From Sediminibacterium ginsengisoli (GTDB taxonomy: Bacteria; Bacteroidota; Bacteroidia; Chitinophagales; Chitinophagaceae): a DNA stretch of 64,000 bases. The notes beneath the pieces are model-generated. The model ran no database searches. It saw only the letters and a program-made list of their open reading frames with translations, and was not told where the DNA came from. The stretch spans positions 196 through 64,195 of the forward strand of contig CAMBEQ010000007.1 of assembly GCA_945865545.1 (NCBI GenBank), in the 5' to 3' direction. The position numbers were made by a program, and so were the translations under genes. Shown piece by piece: positions 37,904 through 48,097 of this stretch; the first letter of the stretch is position 1; each line of letters begins with the position of its first letter.

Positions 37904-38932
37904 TTAAATGGAAAACGTTTTATCTACATGTTCTTGAATTAAGAGTCTCAACTCCTCTATCGATACCCATTCTGAATTGGTTCCTGAATTGTAAGTAAAC
38001 CCTTCAATTACTTTTTGTGCTTTAAACTTTTCTACAAAGTCACTTATTGACCATTTTGGAGTTTGTGGAATAATGGCAAAATATTTACCTAAATCATATG
38101 TAAAAAAAGAATCTGAAGAAGTTATCATTTCTTCATGAATTTTCTCACCTGGCCTAATACCAATAATTCTTTGTTCACAATTTGGTCCAATTGCGGATGC
38201 AATATCTGTAATACGGTATGATGGAATCTTAGGAACAAATATTTCTCCACCCCATGCTGAATTTAATGCATGTAAAACCATATCAACTCCCCCTTGTAAT
38301 GAAATATTAAATCTTGTCATTTCTGCAACTGTAATTGGCAATACACCTTCTTCTCTTTTTTTTATAAAAAAAGGAATAACAGAGCCATTGGAACCCATAA
38401 CATTTCCATATCGAACAACAGAAAATACAATTGGATTAGTTCCTTTTATGTTATTTGCTGCTATGAATAATTTATCTGATGCTAATTTAGTCGCTCCATA
38501 TAAATTAATTGGTGCAGCAGCTTTATCTGTTGACAAAGCTACAACCTTAGTTACACCAGTTTCTAATGCTGCGTTTATTACATTTTCTGCTCCATTTATG
38601 TTTGTTTTAATACATTCCATTGGATTATACTCAGCAATAGGCACGTGCTTCATTGCTGCAGCATGAATAATATAATCTACCCCTTTAAATGCCATTCTTA
38701 GCCTTTCATAATCTCTTACATCTCCAATAAAAAAACGTAATTGAGGGTAATCCTTAATTGGATATTCTTGAGCCATCTGAAATTGCTTCTGTTCATCCCT
38801 AGAAAGAATGATAATTTTTTTAATTTTGGGCCATTTAGAAACTATATTTTTGGTCAGAGCCTTACCAAGAGATCCAGTGCCGCCTGTTATCAAAATAGTT
38901 TTATCATCTAAATTTAAACTACTATTTATCAT
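37904..38932 (-). CDS. pseB: UDP-N-acetylglucosamine 4,6-dehydratase (inverting)
   Basis: TGGTGSLG, SRDEQKQ, HAAAMKHVP.AEYNP, STDKAAAPINLYGATK, RYGNV.GS.GSV, GIRPGEKIHE. Confidence 0.96.
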   Translation of the reverse strand: MINSSLNLDDKTILITGGTGSLGKALTKNIVSKWPKIKKIIILSRDEQKQFQMAQEYPIKDYPQLRFFIGDVRDYERLRMAFKGVDYIIHAAAMKHVPIAEYNPMECIKTNINGAENVINAALETGVTKVVALSTDKAAAPINLYGATKLASDKLFIAANNIKGTNPIVFSVVRYGNVMGSNGSVIPFFIKKREEGVLPITVAEMTRFNISLQGGVDMVLHALNSAWGGEIFVPKIPSYRITDIASAIGPNCEQRIIGIRPGEKIHEEMITSSDSFFTYDLGKYFAIIPQTPKWSISDFVEKFKAQKVIEGFTYNSGTNSEWVSIEELRLLIQEHVDKTFSI

Positions 38933-39845
38933 AATATTTTTTTAAAATCTATAATTTTTTTCTTCAAGCCTTCATTCAAAGGAATTTTATTCCTCCATCC
39001 AAGTGAAGTAATTTTTGTAATATATAATAATTTTTCTACACGTTCCATTTGGTATACTTTGATCAAATTCAAAGCTTTCATTATATACAATTATTTCTTT
39101 AATGATTTTTGCAATTTTATAAATTGAAATTTCTAAGCCGTTTCCAATTTTTACTTTAGCACTTTCATTATAATTTTGTTTAAGAAAGAAACAAGCTTCA
39201 GCAAGATCATCAACATGCAAAAATTCTCTTCTGGTCCTACCTGTTCCCCAAATAGATACCCTTGCGTCATTATTTATTTTTACAAAAACAACTCTTCTAA
39301 TAAATGCAGGAAGCCCATTTGAATTATCTGGATGGTAATTATCATTGGTGCGATACAAATTAATAGGCATAGCAGAGATGAAATTACAACCATATTGTGC
39401 CCTATAACTATCACACATTTCAATTCCTGCTATTTTAGCAATTGCATAAGGTTGGTTTGTATATTTTAGATATCCACTTAATAAATATTCTTCTTTTAAA
39501 GGCTGCTCAGCTAATTTAGGATATATGCAAGATGAATAAATATATAATAACTTATTTAAATATTAAGAATGAATAATATTTGCCTCAATAATTAAATTAT
39601 CGTAAATAAATTCTACTCTATAAAGTATTATTTGAGTAAATTCCACCCACCTTTGCTGCAGCAAGTATTACAAATTCAGGTTTTTCTTTTTCAAAAAAAT
39701 TATTTACTGCTTGTTGATTTCTTAAATCTAGTTCAATAGAAGTTCTTGTCATTAATGTTGTTTTACCCCATCTTAATTTACGATCTAAGCTAGAATCTAC
39801 CATTCCTCTATGTCCAGCCATATATATTTTAGCAGTTTGTTTCAT
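38922..39845 (-). pseudogene. fcl: GDP-L-fucose synthase pseudogene
   Basis: Continuous Fcl homology broken by a +1 frameshift near 39622, an in-frame TAA at 39563-39565 and a +1 frameshift in the T5 run at 39031-39035. Conserved motifs also eroded (GSA to DSS, PTNLYG to PINLYR). The original stop overlaps the pseB start. Confidence 0.9.
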
Positions 39846-39847
39846 GG

Positions 39848-40936
39848 TTATAATCCACTTTCTTTGATATACAATTCCTTTTTAAATAAAGAAATATCAC
39901 TCGCTACCATTTCTTTAACCAATGCCGCTAAATCATATTTAGGCTTCCATCCTAATTTAGTCATTGCTTTTTTAGGATCCCCAATTAATAAATCAACTTC
40001 CGTTGGTCTATAATATTTAGGATCCACTTTTACAACAACTCTGCCTTGTTCTAATTTGTATTCACCAGTATTTTTAACAACATAACCTTCTTCTGCTTCA
40101 TTTTTTCCTCTAAATCCTAATTCTATACCCAACTCTGCAAAACTCATTTTCACAAAATCACGAATTGTAGTAGTGATACCAGTTGCTAAAACAAAATCCT
40201 CAGGTTTTTCTTGTTGCAATATCAAATACATTCCTTCTATATAATCTTTTGCGTGTCCCCAGTCTCTTTTAGCATCTAAGTTTCCTAAGTATAAACAATT
40301 GTCCATGCCTAAAACAATTTTTGCTGTTGCTCTCGTGATTTTTCTAGTTACAAAGGTTTCACCTCTTTGTGGAGATTCGTGATTAAACAAAATACCATTA
40401 CAAGCATACATATTATATGCTTCTCTATAGTTTACTGTTATCCAATATGCATATAGCTTGGCAACAGCATAAGGAGACCGTGGATAAAATGGAGTTGTTT
40501 CAGATTGAGGCACAGCTTGTACTAAACCATACAATTCTGAAGTAGATGCTTGGTAAATTTTTGTTTTCTTAATTAAACCTAATAGACGAACTGCTTCTAA
40601 AATTCTTAATGTACCAATACCATCTGCATTTGCTGTATATTCAGGTTCTTCGAAACTCACATGTACATGGCTCATTGCTGCTAGGTTATATATTTCGTCA
40701 GGTTGAACTTCTTGAATGATACGAATTAAATTAGTACTATCAGTTAAATCACCATAATGTAAATGAAGATGCCTGTTTGGTGTATGTGGATCTTCGTATA
40801 TATGATCAATCCTTTGTGTGTTTATTAATGAAGCCCTTCTCTTAATACCATGCACTTCATATCCCTTTTTTAATAAGAACTCGGCAAGATAAGCGCCGTC
40901 TTGCCCAGTAATTCCAGTAATGATTGCCTTTTTCAT
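39848..40936 (-). CDS. gmd: GDP-mannose 4,6-dehydratase
   Basis: [73 protein letters not shown]. Confidence 0.97.
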   Translation of the reverse strand: MKKAIITGITGQDGAYLAEFLLKKGYEVHGIKRRASLINTQRIDHIYEDPHTPNRHLHLHYGDLTDSTNLIRIIQEVQPDEIYNLAAMSHVHVSFEEPEYTANADGIGTLRILEAVRLLGLIKKTKIYQASTSELYGLVQAVPQSETTPFYPRSPYAVAKLYAYWITVNYREAYNMYACNGILFNHESPQRGETFVTRKITRATAKIVLGMDNCLYLGNLDAKRDWGHAKDYIEGMYLILQQEKPEDFVLATGITTTIRDFVKMSFAELGIELGFRGKNEAEEGYVVKNTGEYKLEQGRVVVKVDPKYYRPTEVDLLIGDPKKAMTKLGWKPKYDLAALVKEMVASDISLFKKELYIKESGL

Positions 40937-41668
40937 TTATATTAAATTATTTGTGAAAGTTTTGGGCTGTTTAACGTAAAAATAAAAATTTGCATCAAAA
41001 CTATTATAATCAATTTCTATTTTTTCAAAATGGGGTGTAAATAAATCTTTAATCAAATCTGAGTTTTCAAATTCAGTTTTATGATCTATATGTCCATTTG
41101 CCTTAGGAAGCATCCCAATCAGTTGCATTTCTTTTGTTCCACAAGAAATAATTTTATAGATAATGAAATTTATTTCTTCTATAGTAAAATAGCAAATCCC
41201 AGCATTCCAGATAAATGTATCATAATTTTTATCTGGAAATTCTTCTTCTAAAATATTAATTTTTAGAAAATTTATTTTAGGATGTTTATAAAAATAATTA
41301 GCATATTTAATAGCATTATTATCAATATCTATTGCATCTATTTTTGACGATATATCTTGATAAAAGAAAAAAGAATAAGAACCATCACCACAACAAATAT
41401 CCAAAGTTTTAGAATTTTGTATCATTTTCTCTCTGGCTTTAACACCTCGCAAAACCCATACCCATTCAGATGGATCAAATCTCCAGCTATTAAAGTTAAT
41501 TGAATGTTTAAAAAATTTTGGAGGATTGTTTGCATTTATCCCTGACCACTCTTTTATTAAAAGTAGCTGAGAGAAGAAATAATTCATTTTAGCAAAATAA
41601 AATATAATTAAATCTAATAAAAAAGTATTTATAATATTATTTATAATTGCTTTTTTTAAAAATTTCAT
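40937..41668 (-). CDS. Class I SAM-dependent methyltransferase
   Basis: TLDICCGDG, IDAIDID, YDTFIWNAGICYF. Confidence 0.78.
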   Translation of the reverse strand: MKFLKKAIINNIINTFLLDLIIFYFAKMNYFFSQLLLIKEWSGINANNPPKFFKHSINFNSWRFDPSEWVWVLRGVKAREKMIQNSKTLDICCGDGSYSFFFYQDISSKIDAIDIDNNAIKYANYFYKHPKINFLKINILEEEFPDKNYDTFIWNAGICYFTIEEINFIIYKIISCGTKEMQLIGMLPKANGHIDHKTEFENSDLIKDLFTPHFEKIEIDYNSFDANFYFYVKQPKTFTNNLI

Positions 41669-41696
41669 AAGAACCTAGTTAAAATTTAATAAATTT

Positions 41697-42230
41697 CTAA
41701 ATCAATTTCATAAATACCCCAACCTCCTTTAGTATTTTCTCGGTAAATTCATGGGGTTGATATAGGGCTAGGCGTATTTTTTTGTCTATAACAGTTTCTG
41801 CCTTTTCAATCAACTGGTATAAATAAGCTTTATCAATATCACCTACTATCACTAAATCAACAAAGGGGTTGTTTTTTCCTAAAGCTAGGTCGCCGGTTAA
41901 ATATACTTTGTCCACATTGCCTAGTTTGTCCAATACATTTTCAATTATCTGATCTAACCCAACATATTGCATTATCACCCCCCTTAATGATTTAAACATA
42001 GGATGATTGGTGTTTACTGAATAATGTTTGGTTTTTGTATTGATGCTTTCGGTATGTTCATGTATCAAGTGCATTTCTGATAACCTATTTAATTCCAATC
42101 GCACGGTATTACTGCTTACTTCTAATTCTCTCTCTAAGCCACGTAAATACACGGTGCTAGAGGGATTGAGTAGCAATTTGGTGAGCAACTGCACTCTAAT
42201 TTTTCCAGTAAAAATTTTATCTAAGATCAT
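41697..42230 (-). CDS. Winged-helix (ArsR-like) regulator fused to a minimal nucleotidyltransferase-like domain
   Basis: YLRGLERELEVSSNTVRLELNRL HTH; VYLTGDLA...VDLVIVGD NT motif. ATG 42230 preferred over the track's GTG 42296, which runs through the leader element. Confidence 0.78.
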   Translation of the reverse strand: MILDKIFTGKIRVQLLTKLLLNPSSTVYLRGLERELEVSSNTVRLELNRLSEMHLIHEHTESINTKTKHYSVNTNHPMFKSLRGVIMQYVGLDQIIENVLDKLGNVDKVYLTGDLALGKNNPFVDLVIVGDIDKAYLYQLIEKAETVIDKKIRLALYQPHEFTEKILKEVGVFMKLI

Positions 42231-42273
42231 TGGGAGTAGATGAATAATAAGTAAATAGATAAAGAAATATACT

Positions 42274-42313
42274 ATGGCTTCGCCACCCTGTGTCACACAT
42301 TAATCATGAAGAC
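42274..42313 (-). promoter_or_regulatory. ops-like leader element, copy 2 (imperfect hairpin followed by GGCGAAGCC)
   Basis: Minus strand TGTGACACAGGGTGGCGAAGCCAT (42297-42274); 20/24 identical to the copy at 48098-48121; 44 nt upstream of ATG 42230. Confidence 0.6.
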
Positions 42314-42418
42314 TCAATATTGTTCATTAAAAATAGCGCAATTTTGAGTAGTAAAAATAAGAATTATTGAGTATATTATAAAATATTTAGACGAAAGTTT
42401 AATTAGCCTTAGAAATTG

Positions 42419-44359
42419 CTATTTTCTAGCCCTCGTTATATCCAATATCTTGGTTTGAAGACTAGAATCTAGGCGCTCAAATATGCTATTATTACTAATA
42501 AATTCAGGAACCAGTTCCTTCATTTTAGCTACTAATTGCATTTCACTTGCAGCAATTACAATTAATTGGCTTAGTTCTTCAAAGTGTAGTTTATTGTTGA
42601 TAAGTTCCACCTCCCTTACTTTAGCTATCAATATTTTATCGTGATAAGTTGCTAAGGTGTTTTCAGCATCGTTTAAAAGCTCTTCGTATAATTTCTCGCC
42701 AGGGCGTAAACCACTATAAGTAATATTAATATCAATATTCGGGATCATACCATACAAACGAATCATTTTTTTAGCCAAATCGGCAATGGCAACAGGTTGT
42801 CCCATATCAAAAACAAATATTTCACCACCATTGCCCATACTGCCAGCTTCCAATACCAATTGACATGCTTCTGGAATGGTCATAAAATAACGTGTAATAT
42901 TAGGATGCGTTACCGTTAAAGGTCCACCCTTTTCTATTTGATCCTTGAATCTATTAATCACCGATCCATTGGAGCCAAGTACATTTCCAAAACGAGTAGT
43001 GATAAATTTAGTCGTAATATTTTTTTCACTCGATATGCCTTGTACATAAATTTCGGCCATTCTTTTACTTGCCCCCATTACATTGGTAGGGTTTACTGCC
43101 TTATCGGTACTTATCATTACAAATCTTTCGGCATGATATTTCACAGCTAAGTCGGCTAATATTTTAGTACCAATTACATTATTTCTTACCGCTTCGGTTG
43201 GGCAAAGTTCCATCATAGGAACATGCTTATAAGCAGCAGCATGGTATACATAATGTGGCTTAAAAGTTTCAAATAACCCTTCAATTCTTTTTTCATTGGT
43301 GATATCCGCTAAAAAAGAAACGCAGTTGATTCTTGTACCACGCTCATGTAATTCTAATTCAATATTATGAAGAGGGGTTTCGGCCTGGTCACACATGATA
43401 ATCATTTCGGGAGCGTATGGAATTAACTGCCTTACTATTTCACTTCCAATAGATCCTGCAGCCCCTGTTACTAATACACGCTTGCCTTTTATTTGCGAAC
43501 GTATTTGATTATTATTGATCACAATTGGATCACGTTCTAATAAATCTTCAATTTTGATAGATTGTAATTGATTGCTGCTAAACTTACCTTCGGCCCACCT
43601 ATCATAAGCGGGAACGCTTAACACTTTAATATCATGATCCAAGCAAAAATCGACCAACTCATTTTTTCGTTTGGTGGGAATGGTAAAGCTGGCAATAATT
43701 AATTCGTCAATGGGTTGTATAGGAACTAATTTTATAAAATCATCATAACGGACTACTTGTATCCCATTTAAATTTTTATTGGTTTTCTTTTTATCATCGT
43801 CAACAAAAGCAACTATATTAATATTACTGGCTCCATCATTTTCTAATACACGTTGTGTAGCGACACCTGCATCGGCAGCGCCAAAAATAACTACATTTTT
43901 CTTTTTCATTTTGTAGTTTTTGGCATAAGCAAATAAAAACTTTACAAGCACACGATAACTTACGAGTATTAAAAAACTAAAGCCAGCATATACAATTACC
44001 ACTACAGTGCTTAATACAAATTCTTGGCTATAGCGATAAGAAACACTGTTTACAATAAATAAAATAGCAGCCGATCCAATAACAGAGATACTTATTCTAA
44101 AAGCGTCTTGTATGCCGGTGTACCTAACAATACCTGAATAAGTTTTAATAGAAGTAAATACCAAGGTATTAGTAATAAATACCAATACAAAAGTATTTAG
44201 CACCGCTTCCCAGCTTAACCCCATTAAGGTTAAGTTTTGTTTAATAGCAATGGCTAATAAAAGCGAAAACAAAGTGCCCCCAATATCTAATGAAAATATA
44301 ATCCAACGAGGAACAATACTAAAATTTTTAAACATACTACTGGTTTTTATTTGATTCAT
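42419..44359 (-). CDS. Membrane-anchored UDP-GlcNAc 4,6-dehydratase (CapD/WbpM/PglF family)
   Basis: Four N-terminal TM segments, IFGAADAG, EDLLERDP, TGAAGSIGSE, HAAAYKHVP, STDKAVNPTNVMGASKR, GLRPGEKLYEEL. Confidence 0.95.
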   Translation of the reverse strand: MNQIKTSSMFKNFSIVPRWIIFSLDIGGTLFSLLLAIAIKQNLTLMGLSWEAVLNTFVLVFITNTLVFTSIKTYSGIVRYTGIQDAFRISISVIGSAAILFIVNSVSYRYSQEFVLSTVVVIVYAGFSFLILVSYRVLVKFLFAYAKNYKMKKKNVVIFGAADAGVATQRVLENDGASNINIVAFVDDDKKKTNKNLNGIQVVRYDDFIKLVPIQPIDELIIASFTIPTKRKNELVDFCLDHDIKVLSVPAYDRWAEGKFSSNQLQSIKIEDLLERDPIVINNNQIRSQIKGKRVLVTGAAGSIGSEIVRQLIPYAPEMIIMCDQAETPLHNIELELHERGTRINCVSFLADITNEKRIEGLFETFKPHYVYHAAAYKHVPMMELCPTEAVRNNVIGTKILADLAVKYHAERFVMISTDKAVNPTNVMGASKRMAEIYVQGISSEKNITTKFITTRFGNVLGSNGSVINRFKDQIEKGGPLTVTHPNITRYFMTIPEACQLVLEAGSMGNGGEIFVFDMGQPVAIADLAKKMIRLYGMIPNIDINITYSGLRPGEKLYEELLNDAENTLATYHDKILIAKVREVELINNKLHFEELSQLIVIAASEMQLVAKMKELVPEFISNNSIFERLDSSLQTKILDITRARK

Positions 44360-44381
44360 ACAACAGCGGGATTGTATTTAA

Positions 44382-45476
44382 CTAAGCAATTAATTTTTTA
44401 TATAAACTTGAAAATATTAAATAAAAGGCTGTTAAAAAACTCGAAAGTAAACTACCTACTATTATCGAATTTAATTTGCTCACTTCTTTTTTAACTAATG
44501 GAAAAGTTGGAGAATCAATAATTTGTATTAAAGGGGTTTCCTTTCGAAGTGCCATTTTAGACATCTCCAAATTAGCAACTAAGCTATTGAGCATTGCAGT
44601 ATTAGCCTGCACATCAACCTGCCTGCGTGTACTTAGCGTTTTTTTTATATTCATTGCTGAATTTAAATTAAATACATTGTCATTTGCAGATGCTACCCCT
44701 GTAATAGCATTATTTAGTTCAGCTCTAATACTATCTGTTTGACGTTGTAAAATATTTAAATTAGTCCGTGCTTTTTTGCTTTTTATTTCAATATAGTATT
44801 TAGAAGTTTCAGTTGCTAAATTCTCGCAAAATACCTTTGCGAAATTTTCATTTTCATTTATTATTTCAATACTTGTAATAGATACTTTCTTATCCTTTTG
44901 GCCAATACTAAAAAATTTTGGCCTAATTAGACTTGAATATATGCCATTTAAAATAGAATTTTGATTTAGTGAAAATTTTGATCTATCGGCATTAGGTAAA
45001 AATTGGATACTTTTTAATTTAGGTATTTTGCTCCAATTTTCTCTTAATTTATTTATTTGAATATAATATTCAGCTATGCTAATAGTTGAGCCATTAATTA
45101 CTACCGGATTCAACAAAGTTTTCTCTACCAGTAAACGACTTTTCATCAGTTCAATTAAATTTGATCCAGCAAAAACTCCTCCGCCGCCGCTTGAGCCGAA
45201 ATCAATGCCAAAGCTACTAGCTAATCCAAGTGCGCCACTTAGTCCACCGCCTTTATCTTCTTCCAACACAAAAGTTAGCACCGCTTTATAAGTAGGCTTT
45301 TCAAAACAAGCATTAACCAGCCCAATAGTTGCTCCAAAAAAACTAGCTAGAAAAATAATTTTCCAATTGGTTTTTAAATAATCAGCTAACTCATTAATTT
45401 TTTGAATGTGTTCCTTTAACGAAATTTTATCCAAATCGCTGGAATTACTAATTGGATTTATCTCTTGTTCAATCAT
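44382..45476 (-). CDS. Polysaccharide co-polymerase / chain-length determinant (Wzz-like, no kinase domain)
   Basis: Two terminal TM segments, glycine-rich loop, coiled coil, TPLIQIIDSP. Confidence 0.85.
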   Translation of the reverse strand: MIEQEINPISNSSDLDKISLKEHIQKINELADYLKTNWKIIFLASFFGATIGLVNACFEKPTYKAVLTFVLEEDKGGGLSGALGLASSFGIDFGSSGGGGVFAGSNLIELMKSRLLVEKTLLNPVVINGSTISIAEYYIQINKLRENWSKIPKLKSIQFLPNADRSKFSLNQNSILNGIYSSLIRPKFFSIGQKDKKVSITSIEIINENENFAKVFCENLATETSKYYIEIKSKKARTNLNILQRQTDSIRAELNNAITGVASANDNVFNLNSAMNIKKTLSTRRQVDVQANTAMLNSLVANLEMSKMALRKETPLIQIIDSPTFPLVKKEVSKLNSIIVGSLLSSFLTAFYLIFSSLYKKLIA

Positions 45477-45486
45477 GTTGTATAAA

Positions 45487-48021
45487 TTATTTGTTCAACA
45501 ATTTCACCGTAGCTAATGCTGCAATTACTTGTGCAATTACAGTTGTAAAAGATAAAATAGTTGCTAATGGTTTGTCTAATTTCTCATTGGTCTCTGGAAG
45601 AATTACTTCACAACCTGGTTTAATGGCTGGGCTTATTCTAAAAAATCCAAAATGTTTGGTGCGGTTACTTTTACCATTGGCATATACCACATAAGCACGT
45701 CCTCTTTTTGCATATTCGCTAATGCCGCCTGCAGCTGATATACAATCGTTGATATTAATACCCTCTCTATATACAATATTCGTTGATCTTAATACCCCGC
45801 CACTTATTTTTATGCGGTTATCTACTTTAGGGATTACTAATTCATCTTTGTCTTTTAATACCAAATCATCCTCTGATCCCGGATGAGTAATAATATAATT
45901 GATATCAATAGCAATTTGATAATAATCATTATTTAAATCGTTCATGATTGCATTGAGGGTGTCGGATAAACTTTTTTTGTTGGCATTTTGGTCGGCTATG
46001 GGAGCACCTAACTGATTTTGGATATCAGCTTTTTCTGTGGCTTGTTGTGCTTTCAATTTTCTTCTATACACTTCCTCAATACTGGTTTTTGTTTCATCAG
46101 CTTTTAAAGTATCTACAACATGTTTGCTTCTTTTAATAAAAGCTCCTTCTCCATAAGCATCTCCAATTAATCCGCCAGCTCTAGTAACAATATCACTTAC
46201 TCTTTCTACCCTGGTTCTTAAAGTATATTTTCCTGCATTTTGTACCTGACCACTGACAGAAATTATTTCTGGAGTAGTAAAGCCTGCTTTTTTAGTAATG
46301 GTAACCACATCAAAAGGCTGCAACACTATATTTTCATTGCCATTTGTAAAACTTAAATCCCCATTAATTTCTGTTTTAAAAATAGTAGATACGCGGTTAT
46401 TATCTACTTTATTTTCAAATTGAACCATTCTGGCTACTTCAATACTTTTATTGGCTGCATAATTAAAACCGCCCGCCATTAATATTAAATCCTTCACAGT
46501 CATACTGTCTATGTAAACATACCTACCCGCATTTCTAGTTTCTCCTATTAAATCTACCGATAAAGAGTCCCTTAAATCCAATACCGAATTAATGTATAAT
46601 TCATCCTCTCTTTGTAATAAAATATTTTCTGTAGCATCATTTCTTAATGCCTTTCCTAGATTAATGCTTATGAGTTCTTTTAATAAATTGGGTTTTAATC
46701 GAATTAATTGCGCCCTTCCTGTAAACGCATCTTCTTTTAATCCATCGGCTCTTCTAACTAAATCGGCAATCCGCATCCCTGAAGATAATTCATACACATC
46801 GGGTCTGAATACCGCACCCGTTAATTTAACTCTATTTTGAAAACGATCTAATATTTTAGAAATAACAAATACATCCCCTCCACCTGGTTCATATTTTTCA
46901 AAATCAAGTTTGGCTAAATCTTTAACCGATTTTTCTTTATCCAATTTTTGAATCACTTTTACAACAGCTGTATACGCCGTATCATCAAACCCACCTGCAT
47001 AGTTTAAAAATTGACTAAAATTTTCTTTACCTACCAATTCAAAAATACCTGGGCGTTTTATTTGACCTCTTATTTCTACTCTATTTTTATAGGGTGGTAC
47101 ACGAATAACATCATGGTCTTTTAAACCTATATTTTGAGACTGATCGCCATTTTGCATAAAATGATACAAGTCAATGGTCTTAAATACTTTATTATTTCTA
47201 ATTAATTCAATGGCTCTGTAACTTCCAATTTCACTTGGGCCACCTGCTTCTGTTAAAGCACTTAACACATTGGATAAAGAAGAAATATTGTAATTACCGC
47301 TTCGGGCTGCACCAATAACTGTTACTTGTATGGTGCGAATATCACCTAAGGTTAAGGCTATTTTAGATTCTCCTCTGGCAATGCTCGGATAAGCACTGCG
47401 TATCATTTGATTTTTTAAGCGATCCGTTGCTGCTTCAATGGTTAATCCTGCCACTTTTACTTGACCCACATTTTTTACCTGTATGAACCCTTCCTTACTC
47501 ACTGTTAAATCATCACTATATTCTTGCACACCATATACCACTAATTTCAACACATCATTTGGGCCAATTTCATAATTTAAGGGGGTGGCAATATTTTGAT
47601 TTTCACCAAACCCGGTTCCATTGTCATTAAATAATTCAGAACCGTAGATGAGTGGATTGATATTATTTTCTGGCCTTTGTTTTCTTTCGTTACCAGTAGT
47701 ATCTGCATAGGCATTTTGTCCTTTTTTCCCAGTCATTTTTCTTAAGGGCGAGTTAGCATTAGGCCTAGCCCCTTTGGTACTTCCCAATTTTGCTTTTAGT
47801 TTTGCAAATTCTGCAGGGCTCATCCCTTTGGCTATGGCTTGTTGTTCCACTTGATCGATAGTCATGCCTGCTTGTTGCAATTGGGCTTGTATTTGAGCAA
47901 TTTCAGTTTCGGTTAAAGCATCCACTTTTAAAGTACTTAAGTCTTTTGAACTTAATAAGTTTTGTGCTTGCACACCAATGCTAAAACAAACCAATAGTAA
48001 ACCTGTAAAAAACAATTTCAT
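45487..48021 (-). CDS. Polysaccharide export protein with multiple SLBB domains (Wza/KpsD-like)
   Basis: Signal peptide, PLNYEIGPND (Poly_export), repeated V.G.V.RPG SLBB units, C-terminal TM. Confidence 0.92.
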   Translation of the reverse strand: MKLFFTGLLLVCFSIGVQAQNLLSSKDLSTLKVDALTETEIAQIQAQLQQAGMTIDQVEQQAIAKGMSPAEFAKLKAKLGSTKGARPNANSPLRKMTGKKGQNAYADTTGNERKQRPENNINPLIYGSELFNDNGTGFGENQNIATPLNYEIGPNDVLKLVVYGVQEYSDDLTVSKEGFIQVKNVGQVKVAGLTIEAATDRLKNQMIRSAYPSIARGESKIALTLGDIRTIQVTVIGAARSGNYNISSLSNVLSALTEAGGPSEIGSYRAIELIRNNKVFKTIDLYHFMQNGDQSQNIGLKDHDVIRVPPYKNRVEIRGQIKRPGIFELVGKENFSQFLNYAGGFDDTAYTAVVKVIQKLDKEKSVKDLAKLDFEKYEPGGGDVFVISKILDRFQNRVKLTGAVFRPDVYELSSGMRIADLVRRADGLKEDAFTGRAQLIRLKPNLLKELISINLGKALRNDATENILLQREDELYINSVLDLRDSLSVDLIGETRNAGRYVYIDSMTVKDLILMAGGFNYAANKSIEVARMVQFENKVDNNRVSTIFKTEINGDLSFTNGNENIVLQPFDVVTITKKAGFTTPEIISVSGQVQNAGKYTLRTRVERVSDIVTRAGGLIGDAYGEGAFIKRSKHVVDTLKADETKTSIEEVYRRKLKAQQATEKADIQNQLGAPIADQNANKKSLSDTLNAIMNDLNNDYYQIAIDINYIITHPGSEDDLVLKDKDELVIPKVDNRIKISGGVLRSTNIVYREGININDCISAAGGISEYAKRGRAYVVYANGKSNRTKHFGFFRISPAIKPGCEVILPETNEKLDKPLATILSFTTVIAQVIAALATVKLLNK

Positions 48022-48097
48022 TATGATAGAATTTAGTAGAAGATGATCGTTTGTGTTAAAATAGCGTTTAATTTATAACAATAGTTAGTTTTTTTAT

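Noticed and set aside
41697-42230. Possible HEPN-MNT toxin-antitoxin or other defence system
   Set aside because: No HEPN (RxxxxH) partner or other toxin gene adjacent; neighbours are glycan genes.
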